Of a stretch of DNA of 64,000 bases, positions 52,065 through 61,704 are shown one piece after another (the first letter of the stretch is position 1; each line of letters begins with the position of its first letter). Source of the stretch: an uncultured Chthoniobacter sp. (GTDB lineage: Bacteria; Verrucomicrobiota; Verrucomicrobiia; Chthoniobacterales; Terrimicrobiaceae); NCBI GenBank assembly GCA_964431635.1, contig CAYSKK010000010.1:80740-144739 (forward strand), given 5' to 3'. The position numbers and the translations under genes were made by a program. Under the pieces are notes generated by a model, which ran no database searches, was not told where the DNA came from, and saw only the letters and a list, made by a program, of their open reading frames with translations.

Positions 52065-53234
52065 TCACCATCCGGCGCCGGCTCGCAGGAAATCCGTCCG
52101 CAAAGGGGTCCGGATGGTCTTGCCACTGTGGGAGACGAGTGTGACGCTCCGTTCCCCCTTGCCCGGGGTGATTTCCCGCACCCGGTCGAAGCCGGCCGGA
52201 ATGGACGCCACGCCCATGATGTAGGGCACAACCAGCGGCTGCTTCGGGTCGAGTTTCAGCACCGTGGGAACACCCCGCTTTGACAGGGGATTGGAACGCG
52301 CCGACTCTGCAAGCCCGTTGGCGAAGTAGGCGGTGACTTCCTCCAGGCCCATCACGCCAACGTGGCGTCCGTTCCATGGCGGGTAATGGCGGCCTCCATT
52401 GGAGATCCAGAAGACGGTCTGGCGAAGAATGCGCGGATCCTTGAGCGCGAACCACACGTAGCGCTGCTTGGGAAACACCACCGCCGTCCACGCGAACGGG
52501 AGCTCCGGGTCGCTGGCAAGAATCACCAGATCCTCAAATCCGCGGCGGGCCGGATACTGAGAAAGGTCCGTCCGTCCGCCGTTCGCAAGCGGCACGGCCG
52601 AAAGCGAGGAGAACTCCGCGCCCGTCTTCAAGCTGCTGTAGCCCCGCTCCGCAGGGGTCTCGAAGGGAGTGGGGGACACCTGACCAAAAAGGAACGAACT
52701 GGTCGAAATCGCAGCGCTTCCCGGTTCGTCCGGAAAGCGCAGCATCGCGTGATGGCCGGGGTTCATGAGCCCGCTCATCTTCGAGATGGTGTGCTGGCAA
52801 TACACCGCCGTCTGGCCGCGGAGGAGATAGATCCGCTTGTCCACGCGGCCGGTGCGCACCTTCGTTTTCAGGCTGGCATGGAGGCAGACGCGGTCGCCGG
52901 CCGATGTCAGCGACTCCATTTGCCAGCGGGCGTTGGCCGTCTCGCCGTGGGGAGGATGCTGCTCGCCCCGCCACGGGGTCGCGTTACCGCCGAAGGGCAG
53001 GCAGAAAAAATCGCCGCGCAGCACTTTGAGAAGCGGGATCAGCGTGCCGGCTTCCTTCTCCTCCGCCCAGGGCGCGACGGAAAACGGGCTCACCCGCCTG
53101 CCGTTCAACCGAAACGTGACCGGGCCGAGATGTCCACCGAGAGGGGTGAGGCAGGCCTCGGTCCGGTCCGATTTGAAACACCAGGAAGGCTGGCCGTGAA
53201 CTTGGACCGGTTGGGGCTTTCGAGTTGGCTTCAT
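52065..53234 (-). CDS. Hypothetical protein downstream of rhaB (possibly mutarotase-like sugar-binding fold)
   Basis: Start ATG 53234 (MKPTRKPQPVQVHGQPSW...). 389 aa, beta-rich-looking. Co-oriented 106 nt after rhamnulokinase. Function not assignable by eye. Confidence 0.3.
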   Translation of the reverse strand: MKPTRKPQPVQVHGQPSWCFKSDRTEACLTPLGGHLGPVTFRLNGRRVSPFSVAPWAEEKEAGTLIPLLKVLRGDFFCLPFGGNATPWRGEQHPPHGETANARWQMESLTSAGDRVCLHASLKTKVRTGRVDKRIYLLRGQTAVYCQHTISKMSGLMNPGHHAMLRFPDEPGSAAISTSSFLFGQVSPTPFETPAERGYSSLKTGAEFSSLSAVPLANGGRTDLSQYPARRGFEDLVILASDPELPFAWTAVVFPKQRYVWFALKDPRILRQTVFWISNGGRHYPPWNGRHVGVMGLEEVTAYFANGLAESARSNPLSKRGVPTVLKLDPKQPLVVPYIMGVASIPAGFDRVREITPGKGERSVTLVSHSGKTIRTPLRTDFLRAGAGW

Positions 53235-53340
53235 GGCCGCATTCCTAGCCGATGTCCGCCCCCTGTTCAATCCAATACACCTTCGGAAGCGATTCCCACT
53301 GCCCGGCCACCGGACCGTTCCGGAAAATCGGGAATGGACT

Positions 53341-54813
53341 CTATCGCCGGATGTGCTCGAACCGGTCGAACGCCCCGGCCCATTCCGGTTTTCCGGAAGG
53401 CAGAAATTCCTCGACCGGGAACGAGCGTTCGACCGTCTTCCGAAGATCGGCAAGCGAGGAGATCTCCCCGCCGGCAATCGCCTGGATCAGGATGTTTCCG
53501 ATGGCTGTCGCCTCGACAGGCCCGGCAAAAACCCGGCGTCCCGTGGCGTCGGCGGCAAACTGGTTCAGCAGCCTGCTCTGGCTGCCGCCCCCCACAATAT
53601 GCAGCTTGCGGATCGAACGCCCGGTCAACTCCTCGACTTTCGCCAGGGTATGACGATACAGGAGGGCGAGGCTTTCAAGGACCGCACGCGTGAATTCCCC
53701 GGGGTTGGATGGAACCGGCTGCCCGGTCTCGCGCGCAAAGGCCTCGATCTTGGAAATCATGTCGCCGGGCTTGAGGAAACGCGCATCATCCGGGTCGAGC
53801 AGCGTGCGAAGCGGCGTGGATTCCTCCGCCAGACGGTTGAGCTCGGCATAACCCCAGTTTTTTCCGCGACGCTCCCAGTCGCGGCGGCATTCCTGAAGAA
53901 TCCAGAGGCCGACGATATTTTTCAAAAAGCGTGTCGTCCCCCCGAAACCGCCCTCGTTGGTGTAGTTGGCTTCACGGACGGCCTCGTTGATGAGCGGCTT
54001 CGGCAGTTCGACGCCGATCAGGGACCATGTGCCGCAGCTGAGGTAGGCCCAGTCGTCACCCTGGTCGGCAGGGACTGCCGCGACAGCCGCTCCGGTGTCG
54101 TGCGAACAGGTCGCCACGACACTCACCCCCTTCAGACCCGTCTCTTCGCAAACGGAAGTCGTCAACGGCCCGAGCGTGACACCCGAAGGAACGATTTCGG
54201 CAAATGCGGATTCGGGGAACCCGAACGCGGAGATCAATTCCTTCGACCACGTCCTCTGCACCGGATTGTAGATCTGTGTCGTGCTTGCCATGCTCTCCTC
54301 GGCCTTCCGAACGCCGGAGAAAAGAAAGTTCAGGTAGTCGGCAATGCAGAGAAATCCATCCGCCTGCCGCACCAGTTCCGGGCTGGCCTCCATGTCGGCG
54401 ATCAGCTGATAAAGCGTGTTCAGCGGCATGAACTGGACTCCGGTCTCGGAAAAAATCTTTTCGCGCCCGACCGTTGCGAGCGCCTTCTCATACGTGGCAT
54501 CGGTCCTCGGGTCGCGGTAGATATGGGCGGGCGCCAGCATTTCCTGACCGAATCCGCTCCAGACATAATCGACCCCCCACGAATCCACGCTCAGGCTCTC
54601 CGGGGCGATCCCGAGCTGAGCCACTTTCTGCAGACCCTTCTTCAGCTCGTCGAATGTCCTGAGAATATCCCAGCGGATCGTGCTTCCGAGGCGGATCGTG
54701 ATGTTCGTGAACCGGTGGATCTCCTCCATCGAAAGGTGGCCGTTCGAGAGGGTTCCGAGCATCACGCGGCCGCTCTCGGCCCCGAGGTCGCAGGCAATAT
54801 AGTGGGTCGTCAT
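53341..54813 (-). CDS. rhaB: Rhamnulokinase (FGGY family)
   Basis: Start ATG 54813. MTTHYIACDLGAESGRVMLG, SVDSWGVDY, CSHDTGAAVAAVP, HIVGGGSQSRLLNQFAADATG. 490 aa. Confidence 0.8.
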   Translation of the reverse strand: MTTHYIACDLGAESGRVMLGTLSNGHLSMEEIHRFTNITIRLGSTIRWDILRTFDELKKGLQKVAQLGIAPESLSVDSWGVDYVWSGFGQEMLAPAHIYRDPRTDATYEKALATVGREKIFSETGVQFMPLNTLYQLIADMEASPELVRQADGFLCIADYLNFLFSGVRKAEESMASTTQIYNPVQRTWSKELISAFGFPESAFAEIVPSGVTLGPLTTSVCEETGLKGVSVVATCSHDTGAAVAAVPADQGDDWAYLSCGTWSLIGVELPKPLINEAVREANYTNEGGFGGTTRFLKNIVGLWILQECRRDWERRGKNWGYAELNRLAEESTPLRTLLDPDDARFLKPGDMISKIEAFARETGQPVPSNPGEFTRAVLESLALLYRHTLAKVEELTGRSIRKLHIVGGGSQSRLLNQFAADATGRRVFAGPVEATAIGNILIQAIAGGEISSLADLRKTVERSFPVEEFLPSGKPEWAGAFDRFEHIRR

Positions 54814-54936
54814 GGGAGGCGGGCATTCTCCAAGTTGCCACTGCGAAATCAAACGAACTTTTCGGAAAGTTCTGAAAATGCTCCTCCCTGCGCATGCTTG
54901 CAGGCACCGCTCGGAATCCTGTAATCCTCTCGGGGA
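54814..54936. promoter_or_regulatory. Divergent rhaB / ispA intergenic region
   Basis: 123 nt lie between back-to-back starts. No motif was identified. Confidence 0.3.
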
Positions 54937-55815
54937 ATGAACGTCCAGATCGCCGAAGACATCCGAACGGTTGACCGCATGCTGAACCTCTGGCTCCCGA
55001 AGGAGTCCGCCAGGCCGGCCACCATCCACCGGGCGATGCGCTACAGCGTCTTTGCCGGAGGCAAGCGGATGCGGCCGGTCCTCTGCCTGGCCGCGGCCCG
55101 CGCCTGCGGGATCCGCCGGGTGGCCGATGCCCATCCGGCGGCCTGTGCGGTCGAGTGCGTGCACACGTATTCGCTGATCCATGACGACCTTCCGTGCATG
55201 GACGACGACGACATGCGGCGCGGCAGGCCGACATCCCACAAGGTCTTCGGCGAGGGGATTGCCGTCCTGGCGGGAGACGCCCTGCTCACGGTGGCCTTCG
55301 AGATCCTCGCGCGGATGAAGCCGACCCCGCGCCACTCTGCAGCGGACTACATCACCGAACTCGCGCGTGCCGCCGGCAGCCGGAATCTCGTCGGCGGACA
55401 GGTGGCCGACCTCGAGGGTGAAAAAAAATCCTGCTCCCCGGCGGACCTGCGGTTCATCCACCGCGGGAAGACGGCGGCCATGATCACGGCAAGCCTCAGG
55501 CTCGGCGCGATGGCAGCGAATGCCACCCCACGCACCCTCGGCATCATGGAGGAATTCGGCGACAACCTCGGCCTCGCGTTCCAGGTCATCGACGACATCC
55601 TCGACGTCACCCAATCCAGCGAAAAACTCGGGAAAAGCGCGGGAAAGGACGCCGCAGCGGGGAAAACCACCTACCCTGCATTGCTCGGACTTGAAGCGTC
55701 ACAAAAAGAGGCGGCCCGCTTGACACAAAAAGCCCACGCCGCGCTCTCCCCCCTTGGCGAACGCGCGTCCACCCTCCACTCGCTCGCGGACAAGCTTCTC
55801 TCCCGTCAGTCGTAG
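54937..55815 (+). CDS. ispA: Polyprenyl (farnesyl/geranylgeranyl) diphosphate synthase
   Basis: First Asp-rich motif [17 protein letters not shown] and second motif FQVIDDILD. 292 aa. Confidence 0.9.
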   Translation: MNVQIAEDIRTVDRMLNLWLPKESARPATIHRAMRYSVFAGGKRMRPVLCLAAARACGIRRVADAHPAACAVECVHTYSLIHDDLPCMDDDDMRRGRPTSHKVFGEGIAVLAGDALLTVAFEILARMKPTPRHSAADYITELARAAGSRNLVGGQVADLEGEKKSCSPADLRFIHRGKTAAMITASLRLGAMAANATPRTLGIMEEFGDNLGLAFQVIDDILDVTQSSEKLGKSAGKDAAAGKTTYPALLGLEASQKEAARLTQKAHAALSPLGERASTLHSLADKLLSRQS

Positions 55816-55871
55816 AAATCGGCTCCGCATGGATCGGTGACAACCGATGCGATTCTCCTCATTCAATTCCC

Positions 55872-56603
55872 ATGGAACCGCCTTCCATTGAATCCAGCGA
55901 AAAGCCGGTTTTCGTCGGGCGCGGACTGACCAAGGTTTACGCGTCTGGCGAGACGGAGGTAAGGGCGTTGGATGGCGTGGATCTCGATCTGCATGCCGGA
56001 GAGATGGTCGTCCTTCTCGGACCATCGGGAAGCGGAAAGTCCACCCTTCTCAACAACCTGGGCGGGCTCGATGTTCCGACCGGTGGAACGCTCTGGTATC
56101 GCGGACGCAATCTCACTGAAGCGGACGAGGACGAACTCACCACGTTCCGCCGCGATGCGGTCGGGTTTGTCTTCCAATTCTACAACCTCATCCCAAGCCT
56201 CACCGCGCGGGAGAATGTTTCGCTGATCACGGAAATCGCGCAGGATCCCATGACGCCGGAAGAGGCGCTCGACCTTGTGGAACTCGGCGACCGGATGGAC
56301 CATTTCCCCTCACAGATGTCCGGGGGCCAGCAGCAGCGGGTTGCGATCGCCCGGGCAATCGCAAAACGCCCGGAAGTCCTTCTGTGCGATGAACCGACCG
56401 GTGCCCTGGATGTGAAGACGGGCATCACCGTGCTGGAAGCCATCGAAAAAGTGAACCGCGACCTTGGCACGCTCACCGTCCTCATCACCCACAATGCCGT
56501 CATGGCCGAAATGGCGGACCGGGTCATCCATCTCATGGACGGCAAAATTTCCAGAACCGAACGGAATCCAACCCGCCGCCCGGTGCGGTCGCTCCAATGG
56601 TGA
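55872..56603 (+). CDS. ABC transporter ATP-binding protein (MacB/LolD-type)
   Basis: [34 protein letters not shown]. 243 aa. Confidence 0.88.
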   Translation: MEPPSIESSEKPVFVGRGLTKVYASGETEVRALDGVDLDLHAGEMVVLLGPSGSGKSTLLNNLGGLDVPTGGTLWYRGRNLTEADEDELTTFRRDAVGFVFQFYNLIPSLTARENVSLITEIAQDPMTPEEALDLVELGDRMDHFPSQMSGGQQQRVAIARAIAKRPEVLLCDEPTGALDVKTGITVLEAIEKVNRDLGTLTVLITHNAVMAEMADRVIHLMDGKISRTERNPTRRPVRSLQW

Positions 56604-56613
56604 TACGGAAGTG

Positions 56614-56688
56614 TTCAGCGGTTCAGATTTCAGTGCTCAGCACCGAAATCTGCATTTGCCGGGTTTTTCTGAAAACTGAACCGCTGAA
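56614..56688 (+). repeat. Nested inverted repeats (large intercistronic stem-loop with alternative inner hairpin)
   Basis: TTCAGCGGTTCAG (56614-56626) is the perfect complement of CTGAACCGCTGAA (56676-56688), extendable to about 20 bp with one mismatch. The inner pair GATTTCAGTGCT (56626-56637) / AGCACCGAAATC (56639-56650) is 11/12 complementary. Confidence 0.6.
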
Positions 56689-56696
56689 AACTTTTT

Positions 56697-59060
56697 GTGA
56701 GCGCCCTTGACCTCAAGCTGTTCCGCGATGTCGGAAAGATGAAGGGGCAGATGGTGGCCGTCGGCCTGGTGATGGCCTGCGGTCTGGCGATGATGATCAT
56801 GGCGCGGAGCCTGATCCTTTCGCTGGAGACCACGCGGGCGGCCTACTACGAGAAGAACCGGTTTGCGGATGTCTTCTGCGATCTGAAGCGCGCGCCGAAT
56901 GCCCTGCGTGAGCGCCTCGCGGCCATCCCGGGCGTGGCCGCAGTGGAGACACGGGTTGTCGGGGCCTTGCGCATGGACCTGCCCGGCCTGTCGGAACCCG
57001 CGGACGGCACGATCCTATCCATCCCCGAAGACCGCCCGATGCGTCTCAATACGCTGTTTCTGCGCACGGGGAGATTTCCGGAGGTCGGAAAAACGAACGA
57101 GGTTATCGTGGGCGAGGCTTTCGCAAAGGCGCATGGATTCCAGCCCGGCGACTCGATCGATGTGATCCTGCGCGGTGCGAAGGAACGCCTGATGATCGTG
57201 GGCATCGGGCTGTCGCCGGAATATGTCTTTGAAGCGCGCCCCGGAGAGGCCCTGCCCGACAACAAGCGGTTCGGAGTTTTTTGGATGAACGAGCGCGACC
57301 TGGCCACGGCCTGCGACCTCGACGGGGCATTCAACAACGTCATCGTGGATGTCGCGCCCGGCGAAAATCCGGCGCCGGTCATGGCGGAAATCGACCGCCT
57401 CCTCGAACCCTATGGCGGGCTGATCGCTTATGATCGCGGCGACCACGCCTCCGCAAAACAACTCGACGATGAAATCGAAATGCTCAACGGCATGTCGATC
57501 GCGTTCCCGATCGTCTTTCTCAGCATTGCCACGTTCATGACCAGCGCCGTCCTCTCGCGCGTCATCCGCCTCCAGAGGGAGCAGATCGCGCAGCTCAAGA
57601 CGTTCGGGTATTCCGCGCGCCAGGTGGGTTTCCACTACTTGAAATTCGCGCTGGTGATCGTGGGGATCGGGCTGGCCGCCGGAGGGATCGCGGGCGCATG
57701 GCTCGGGTCGAATGTCGTGGAGATGTATCACAAGTTCTTCCAGTTTCCGTCGCTGACGTTTCATCCCGACCTCTCCGCCGTCGGGCTGGCATTTGTTCTC
57801 AGCTCGGCCGCATCGATTCTGGGCGTGATGGGGACCGTCCGCCAGGCGATGCGACTTCCTGCCGCCGAGGCGATGCGGCCGGAGCCTCCCGCGGAATTCA
57901 AACCCTCCGTGCTCGAACGCCTCGGCCTCACCAGCCTGGCGGGCCCCTCGATGCGCATGGCCCTGAGAAATATCGAACGCAGGCCATGGCAGGCATTTTT
58001 CACCACGCTCGGGCTGGCTCTGGCCGTTGGCATCCCGATCGTGCCGGGGGCCATGAGGGACGGGATTTCCTTCATGCTCGACTTTCACTGGCTTCTGGCG
58101 CAGCGGCAGGATGTGACGGTATCCCTCATTGAACCGGGATCGGCGAAAGCCATCCAGGATATCCGGCATTTGCCGGGCGTCATCCTGGCGGAGCCGTTCC
58201 GCAGCGTGCCTGTACGCCTTCGGTTCGGACATCGCAGCCACCGGCTCGCAGTGACCGGCGTTGTCCCGGGAGCCCTCCTTGAGCGCGCGCTGGACAAGGA
58301 TGCCCGACCGCTGCCCATCCCCCAGGATGGCCTGCTCATTTCGGAGAAACTGGCCGAAATGCTCGATGTCAAACCGGGGGAACAGCTGATGATGGAGGTG
58401 CAGGAAGGCCGGAGGCCAAGCCGGGAGGTGACGGTCCGGGGCCTGATTACGGACTATGCCGGGCTGACCGCCTACATGGACATCGACGCACTGCGCCGCC
58501 TCATGCAGGAGGGACAGACGGTCAGCGGTGCACACCTCTCGGTGGATGCCGGACGGTGGAATGACTTTCTCGAAGCTGTGAAGAAAACCCCGCGCATCGC
58601 CAATCTCGGAATCACCTCGGCCCTCCAGCAGAGCTTCCGGAAGACAACGGCGGAGTCGATCACCCTCATCCAGGGCATCTATTTCACGTTCTCGATGATT
58701 GTCGCGTTCGGCGTGGTCTACAACAGCGCCCGCATCTCGCTCTCCGAACGCAGCCGCGACCTTGCGACCCTGCGCGTGGTCGGATTCACATCCCGCGAGG
58801 TCGCAGGAGTCATGATCGGCGAGCTCGTGATGCTGACCGTTCTTGCCATCCCGCTCGGGCTCTGGATTGGCGGAGGTCTTGCGGATTGGATCGTCCAATC
58901 CGCCAGCACGGAGACGATCCGCCTGCCGCTCATCCTGACCCACGAGACCTACGCCACCGCGATTTTAATCGTTCTGCTTTCCGCCAGCATTTCGTTTTAT
59001 ATTGTAAGCCGTCGCATACGAAACCTCGACCTTCTGGGAGTTCTCAAAGCCAGGGAATAA
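56697..59060 (+). CDS. ABC transporter permease with two FtsX-type domains (MacB/YbbP-like)
   Basis: GTG start. 787 aa. Two blocks of 4 TM segments, each preceded by a large loop. Lies between the ATPase and the adaptor gene. Confidence 0.82.
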   Translation: MSALDLKLFRDVGKMKGQMVAVGLVMACGLAMMIMARSLILSLETTRAAYYEKNRFADVFCDLKRAPNALRERLAAIPGVAAVETRVVGALRMDLPGLSEPADGTILSIPEDRPMRLNTLFLRTGRFPEVGKTNEVIVGEAFAKAHGFQPGDSIDVILRGAKERLMIVGIGLSPEYVFEARPGEALPDNKRFGVFWMNERDLATACDLDGAFNNVIVDVAPGENPAPVMAEIDRLLEPYGGLIAYDRGDHASAKQLDDEIEMLNGMSIAFPIVFLSIATFMTSAVLSRVIRLQREQIAQLKTFGYSARQVGFHYLKFALVIVGIGLAAGGIAGAWLGSNVVEMYHKFFQFPSLTFHPDLSAVGLAFVLSSAASILGVMGTVRQAMRLPAAEAMRPEPPAEFKPSVLERLGLTSLAGPSMRMALRNIERRPWQAFFTTLGLALAVGIPIVPGAMRDGISFMLDFHWLLAQRQDVTVSLIEPGSAKAIQDIRHLPGVILAEPFRSVPVRLRFGHRSHRLAVTGVVPGALLERALDKDARPLPIPQDGLLISEKLAEMLDVKPGEQLMMEVQEGRRPSREVTVRGLITDYAGLTAYMDIDALRRLMQEGQTVSGAHLSVDAGRWNDFLEAVKKTPRIANLGITSALQQSFRKTTAESITLIQGIYFTFSMIVAFGVVYNSARISLSERSRDLATLRVVGFTSREVAGVMIGELVMLTVLAIPLGLWIGGGLADWIVQSASTETIRLPLILTHETYATAILIVLLSASISFYIVSRRIRNLDLLGVLKARE

Positions 59061-60289
59061 TGAAACCGCCATCCACCAAAGGACAGACTGCCAAACGGAA
59101 AAACCTCTGGCGAAAACTCCTGCTCGGCACGCTCGGCCTCGCCCTGGCCTCCTTCATTGTCACAGGCCTTCTGCCGAAACCGGTTGAAGTCGAGACCGGA
59201 CGGGTCACGCGCGGGCCGCTCACGGTTTCTGTGCTGGAGGAGGGGAAGACGCGCATCCGCAACCGCTACGTGGTTTCCCCGCCTGTGGCAGGATATCTGC
59301 GCCGCGTTCCGGTGAGGGCCGGGGATCCGATCGTCGCGAACAAAACCCTGCTGGCGGTGATCCAGGCATCCCCGTCGAGTTTTCTCGATCCCCGCGCCAA
59401 GGCCCAGGCCGAGGCGGCCATCCGCTCCGCGGAAGCCGCCCGCATGCAGCACAGCGAGATGGTTCAGAGCTCCACGGCGGAGCTGGACCTCGCCCGGAAG
59501 GAATTGGTCCGCGCCGAACAGCTCAAAAGAAAGGGTGCCATCGCCATCAAGGAATACGATGCCGCCGCCAACCGGGTGGACATGCTGGACAACCAGCTCG
59601 GCTCGGCGCAGTTCGCGCTGAAGGTCGCCGAGTTCGAATTGGAGCAGGCCAGAGCCGCCCTCGTGCAGGTCACCGGCGACTCTCCGGAAAGCGGGCAGCC
59701 CGTCGAAATCCACGCCCCGGTCACCGGGTTCGTGCTGAATGTGTTTGAGGAAAGCGCACGGCCCGTGACGCCCGGGCTCCCGATCATGGAAGTTGGCGAT
59801 CCCAAAGACCTTGAGGCGGAGATCGAACTCCTCTCCAGCGACGCGGTCAACGTGAAGCCGGGAGCGGACGTCTCAATCGAACAATGGGGCGGAGGGGAGT
59901 CGTTGCACGGAAGGGTCGCCCTCGTCGAACCCGGCGCATTTTTGAAAATCTCCGCACTGGGGGTCGAGGAGCAGCGGGTCAAGGTGCGCGTGAACTTTTC
60001 CGACCTGCCGGACGGACTGCTTGGCGACCGCTACCGCGTCGAAGCACGCATCGTCACATGGACCGGCGACAACGTCCTCCAGATTCCCACGGGAGCCCTC
60101 TTCCGCCGCGGCAACGAATGGATGGCTTTCGCCGTCGAAGGCGGAAGAGCCCGGCTCACGAAAGTCGGGATCTCGCACAGCAACGGCACCTCTGCCGAAG
60201 TGACGGGCGGACTCGCCAGCGGGCAGGAAGTCATCCTCCATCCGCCGGACACCGTGCGCGACGGAGTCGCGGTTGAACCGAGGAGATAG
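59060..60289 (+). CDS. HlyD-family periplasmic adaptor (membrane fusion protein)
   Basis: ATG 59060 (TAATG overlap). N-terminal TM anchor, a long coiled-coil-like segment (AQAEAAIRSAEAARMQ...LKVAEFELEQARAAL), and a beta-barrel-like tail. Confidence 0.8.
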   Translation: MKPPSTKGQTAKRKNLWRKLLLGTLGLALASFIVTGLLPKPVEVETGRVTRGPLTVSVLEEGKTRIRNRYVVSPPVAGYLRRVPVRAGDPIVANKTLLAVIQASPSSFLDPRAKAQAEAAIRSAEAARMQHSEMVQSSTAELDLARKELVRAEQLKRKGAIAIKEYDAAANRVDMLDNQLGSAQFALKVAEFELEQARAALVQVTGDSPESGQPVEIHAPVTGFVLNVFEESARPVTPGLPIMEVGDPKDLEAEIELLSSDAVNVKPGADVSIEQWGGGESLHGRVALVEPGAFLKISALGVEEQRVKVRVNFSDLPDGLLGDRYRVEARIVTWTGDNVLQIPTGALFRRGNEWMAFAVEGGRARLTKVGISHSNGTSAEVTGGLASGQEVILHPPDTVRDGVAVEPRR

Positions 60290-60329
60290 CTCCGTTTTCC
60301 CATCGTGATCGCGAACCTGGCAGCGGTTG

Positions 60330-60384
60330 CCGTCAAGGATATTACCTTGACGGTATCCTGCGGAGTCGGGGATCGTCCCCTTTT
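60330..60384 (+). terminator. Two hairpins after the efflux operon (possible terminator/operator)
   Basis: Perfect 9-bp inverted repeat CCGTCAAGG (60330-60338) / CCTTGACGG (60345-60353) with a 6-nt loop. Then GGGGA-TCG-TCCCC (60368-60380) followed by TTTT (60381-60384). Confidence 0.35.
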
Positions 60385-60388
60385 CGCT

Positions 60389-61141
60389 ATGAAGCGAACC
60401 CTTTTTTTCTCCCTGCTGCTTGCCGGTGCCGCTTGCGCCGGGGAAAACCCGGTCTGGCCCATGCCTTCTCCTTTTCCGGAGGCCCCGGCGGGCGTGAACA
60501 CCGCCGTTTTTCCAATGCCGAGACTCGACTGGTTTGCGCGGGTGAGATTGAACAACGAAAAAGCCGCGAAAACCGCCGGGACCATTCAACTCATTTTCGA
60601 CGGCGATTCCATCACCGACGGGTGGCAGGTAACTGGCAAGGACATCTGGGCGAAACGCTACGGTAAACTTGGCGCCTTTGATTTCGGTATCAGTGGCGAC
60701 CGCACGGAGCATGTGCTCTGGCGGCTCTCACAGGGTCAGGCGGACGGCCTCCACCCGAAGCTGATCGCGATCATGATCGGGACCAATAATATTTATTCCA
60801 ACACCGCCGAGCAGATAGCCGATGGAGTGAAGGCGATCGCCCGTAATTACCGCAAGCGCTGCCCCAACGCCACGATCCTCCTTCAGGCGATTTTCCCCCG
60901 CGGCCACGCGACGACGGATCCCGCCCGCGCCAAGATTCAGGCAACCAATAAAATCATTGCTGGCTTGGCGGATGGAAAGAAAGTCATCTTCCTCGACTTC
61001 GGAGACAAGTTCCTGGAGGCCGACGGCACGTTGAGCCCGGATGTCATGCCGGACTTCCTGCATCCCAACGCGAAAGGCTACCAGATCTGGGCGGATGCGA
61101 TCCAACCGGTCATCGACCAGTATTTTCCTGCCAAGAAATAA
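60389..61141 (+). CDS. Secreted SGNH/GDSL-family hydrolase (esterase)
   Basis: Start ATG 60389 with a signal-peptide-like MKRTLFFSLLLAGAACAG. Block I FDGDSITDGW, block III MIGTNN, block V DFLHPN. Confidence 0.82.
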   Translation: MKRTLFFSLLLAGAACAGENPVWPMPSPFPEAPAGVNTAVFPMPRLDWFARVRLNNEKAAKTAGTIQLIFDGDSITDGWQVTGKDIWAKRYGKLGAFDFGISGDRTEHVLWRLSQGQADGLHPKLIAIMIGTNNIYSNTAEQIADGVKAIARNYRKRCPNATILLQAIFPRGHATTDPARAKIQATNKIIAGLADGKKVIFLDFGDKFLEADGTLSPDVMPDFLHPNAKGYQIWADAIQPVIDQYFPAKK

Positions 61142-61176
61142 CCTTCGGGTTCCCCCTGGTCCCGGGATTTTCCTTC

Positions 61177-61638
61177 ATGCGCGAAGTGCTCTTCATCTGC
61201 ACGGGCAACTACTACCGCAGCCGCTTTGCGGAGGCGGTGTTCAACCATGTGGCGCGGCGGGACGGTCTGCCGTGGCGGGCGTTTTCGCGGGGGCTGGCGA
61301 TTCATCTTGCCGAGGGGAATCTTTCCCGGCACACCGGGGCGGCCTTGGACGAGAGGGGGATCGATCCCTCTCACACCGGACCGACGCGCGTGTCTCTCAC
61401 AGAGGAGGATCTCGCCCGGGCACACCGCATCGTGGCCCTCAAAAGGGACGAGCACCACGCGATGATGCTCGCCCAGTTCCCCTCCTGGGCGGACAGAATC
61501 ACGTATTGGGCGGTGCATGATCTGGACGCGGCGGAACCGGCCCAGGCGCTCGCGGAAATTGAAATCCTGGTTGCGGAGCTGATTCGTGAAACGCGTCCCG
61601 CTCATGACCCGGCGGAGTCTCCTGGCTCCCTTCGCTGA
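61177..61638 (+). CDS. Low-molecular-weight protein-tyrosine phosphatase / ArsC-like
   Basis: P-loop LFICTGNYYRSR (CX5R-S). 153 aa. Confidence 0.8.
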   Translation: MREVLFICTGNYYRSRFAEAVFNHVARRDGLPWRAFSRGLAIHLAEGNLSRHTGAALDERGIDPSHTGPTRVSLTEEDLARAHRIVALKRDEHHAMMLAQFPSWADRITYWAVHDLDAAEPAQALAEIEILVAELIRETRPAHDPAESPGSLR

Positions 61639-61704
61639 GGAGGCAATTGTCCCCATGCCGCCATCGGGGTTGCTCTTCCACCGGCAAGCGGGTATGCAGC
61701 AGGC

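Noticed and set aside
53235-53477. N-terminal extension of the reverse-strand ORF 52065-53477
   Set aside because: It is Arg/Ser/Gly-rich and spans the gap toward rhaB. ATG 53234 gives a sensible start.
53233-54924. 563-aa + strand ORF
   Set aside because: It lies antisense to rhamnulokinase, which has unmistakable FGGY motifs. The composition is Arg/Pro/Gly-rich.
55421-55428. A8 homopolymer in ispA, considered as a phase-variation tract
   Set aside because: A housekeeping isoprenoid gene is an implausible phase-variable target. It is kept only as a control showing that 8-nt runs arise by chance here.
54814-55614. N-terminal 267-codon extension of rhaB ORF 53341-55614
   Set aside because: It runs antisense through ispA. 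The FGGY N-terminal motif (YIACDLGAESGR) starts right after ATG 54813.
57015-58943. 642-aa - strand ORF
   Set aside because: It lies antisense to the FtsX-type permease. It is rich in Arg/Gly/His/Asp with no recognisable domain.
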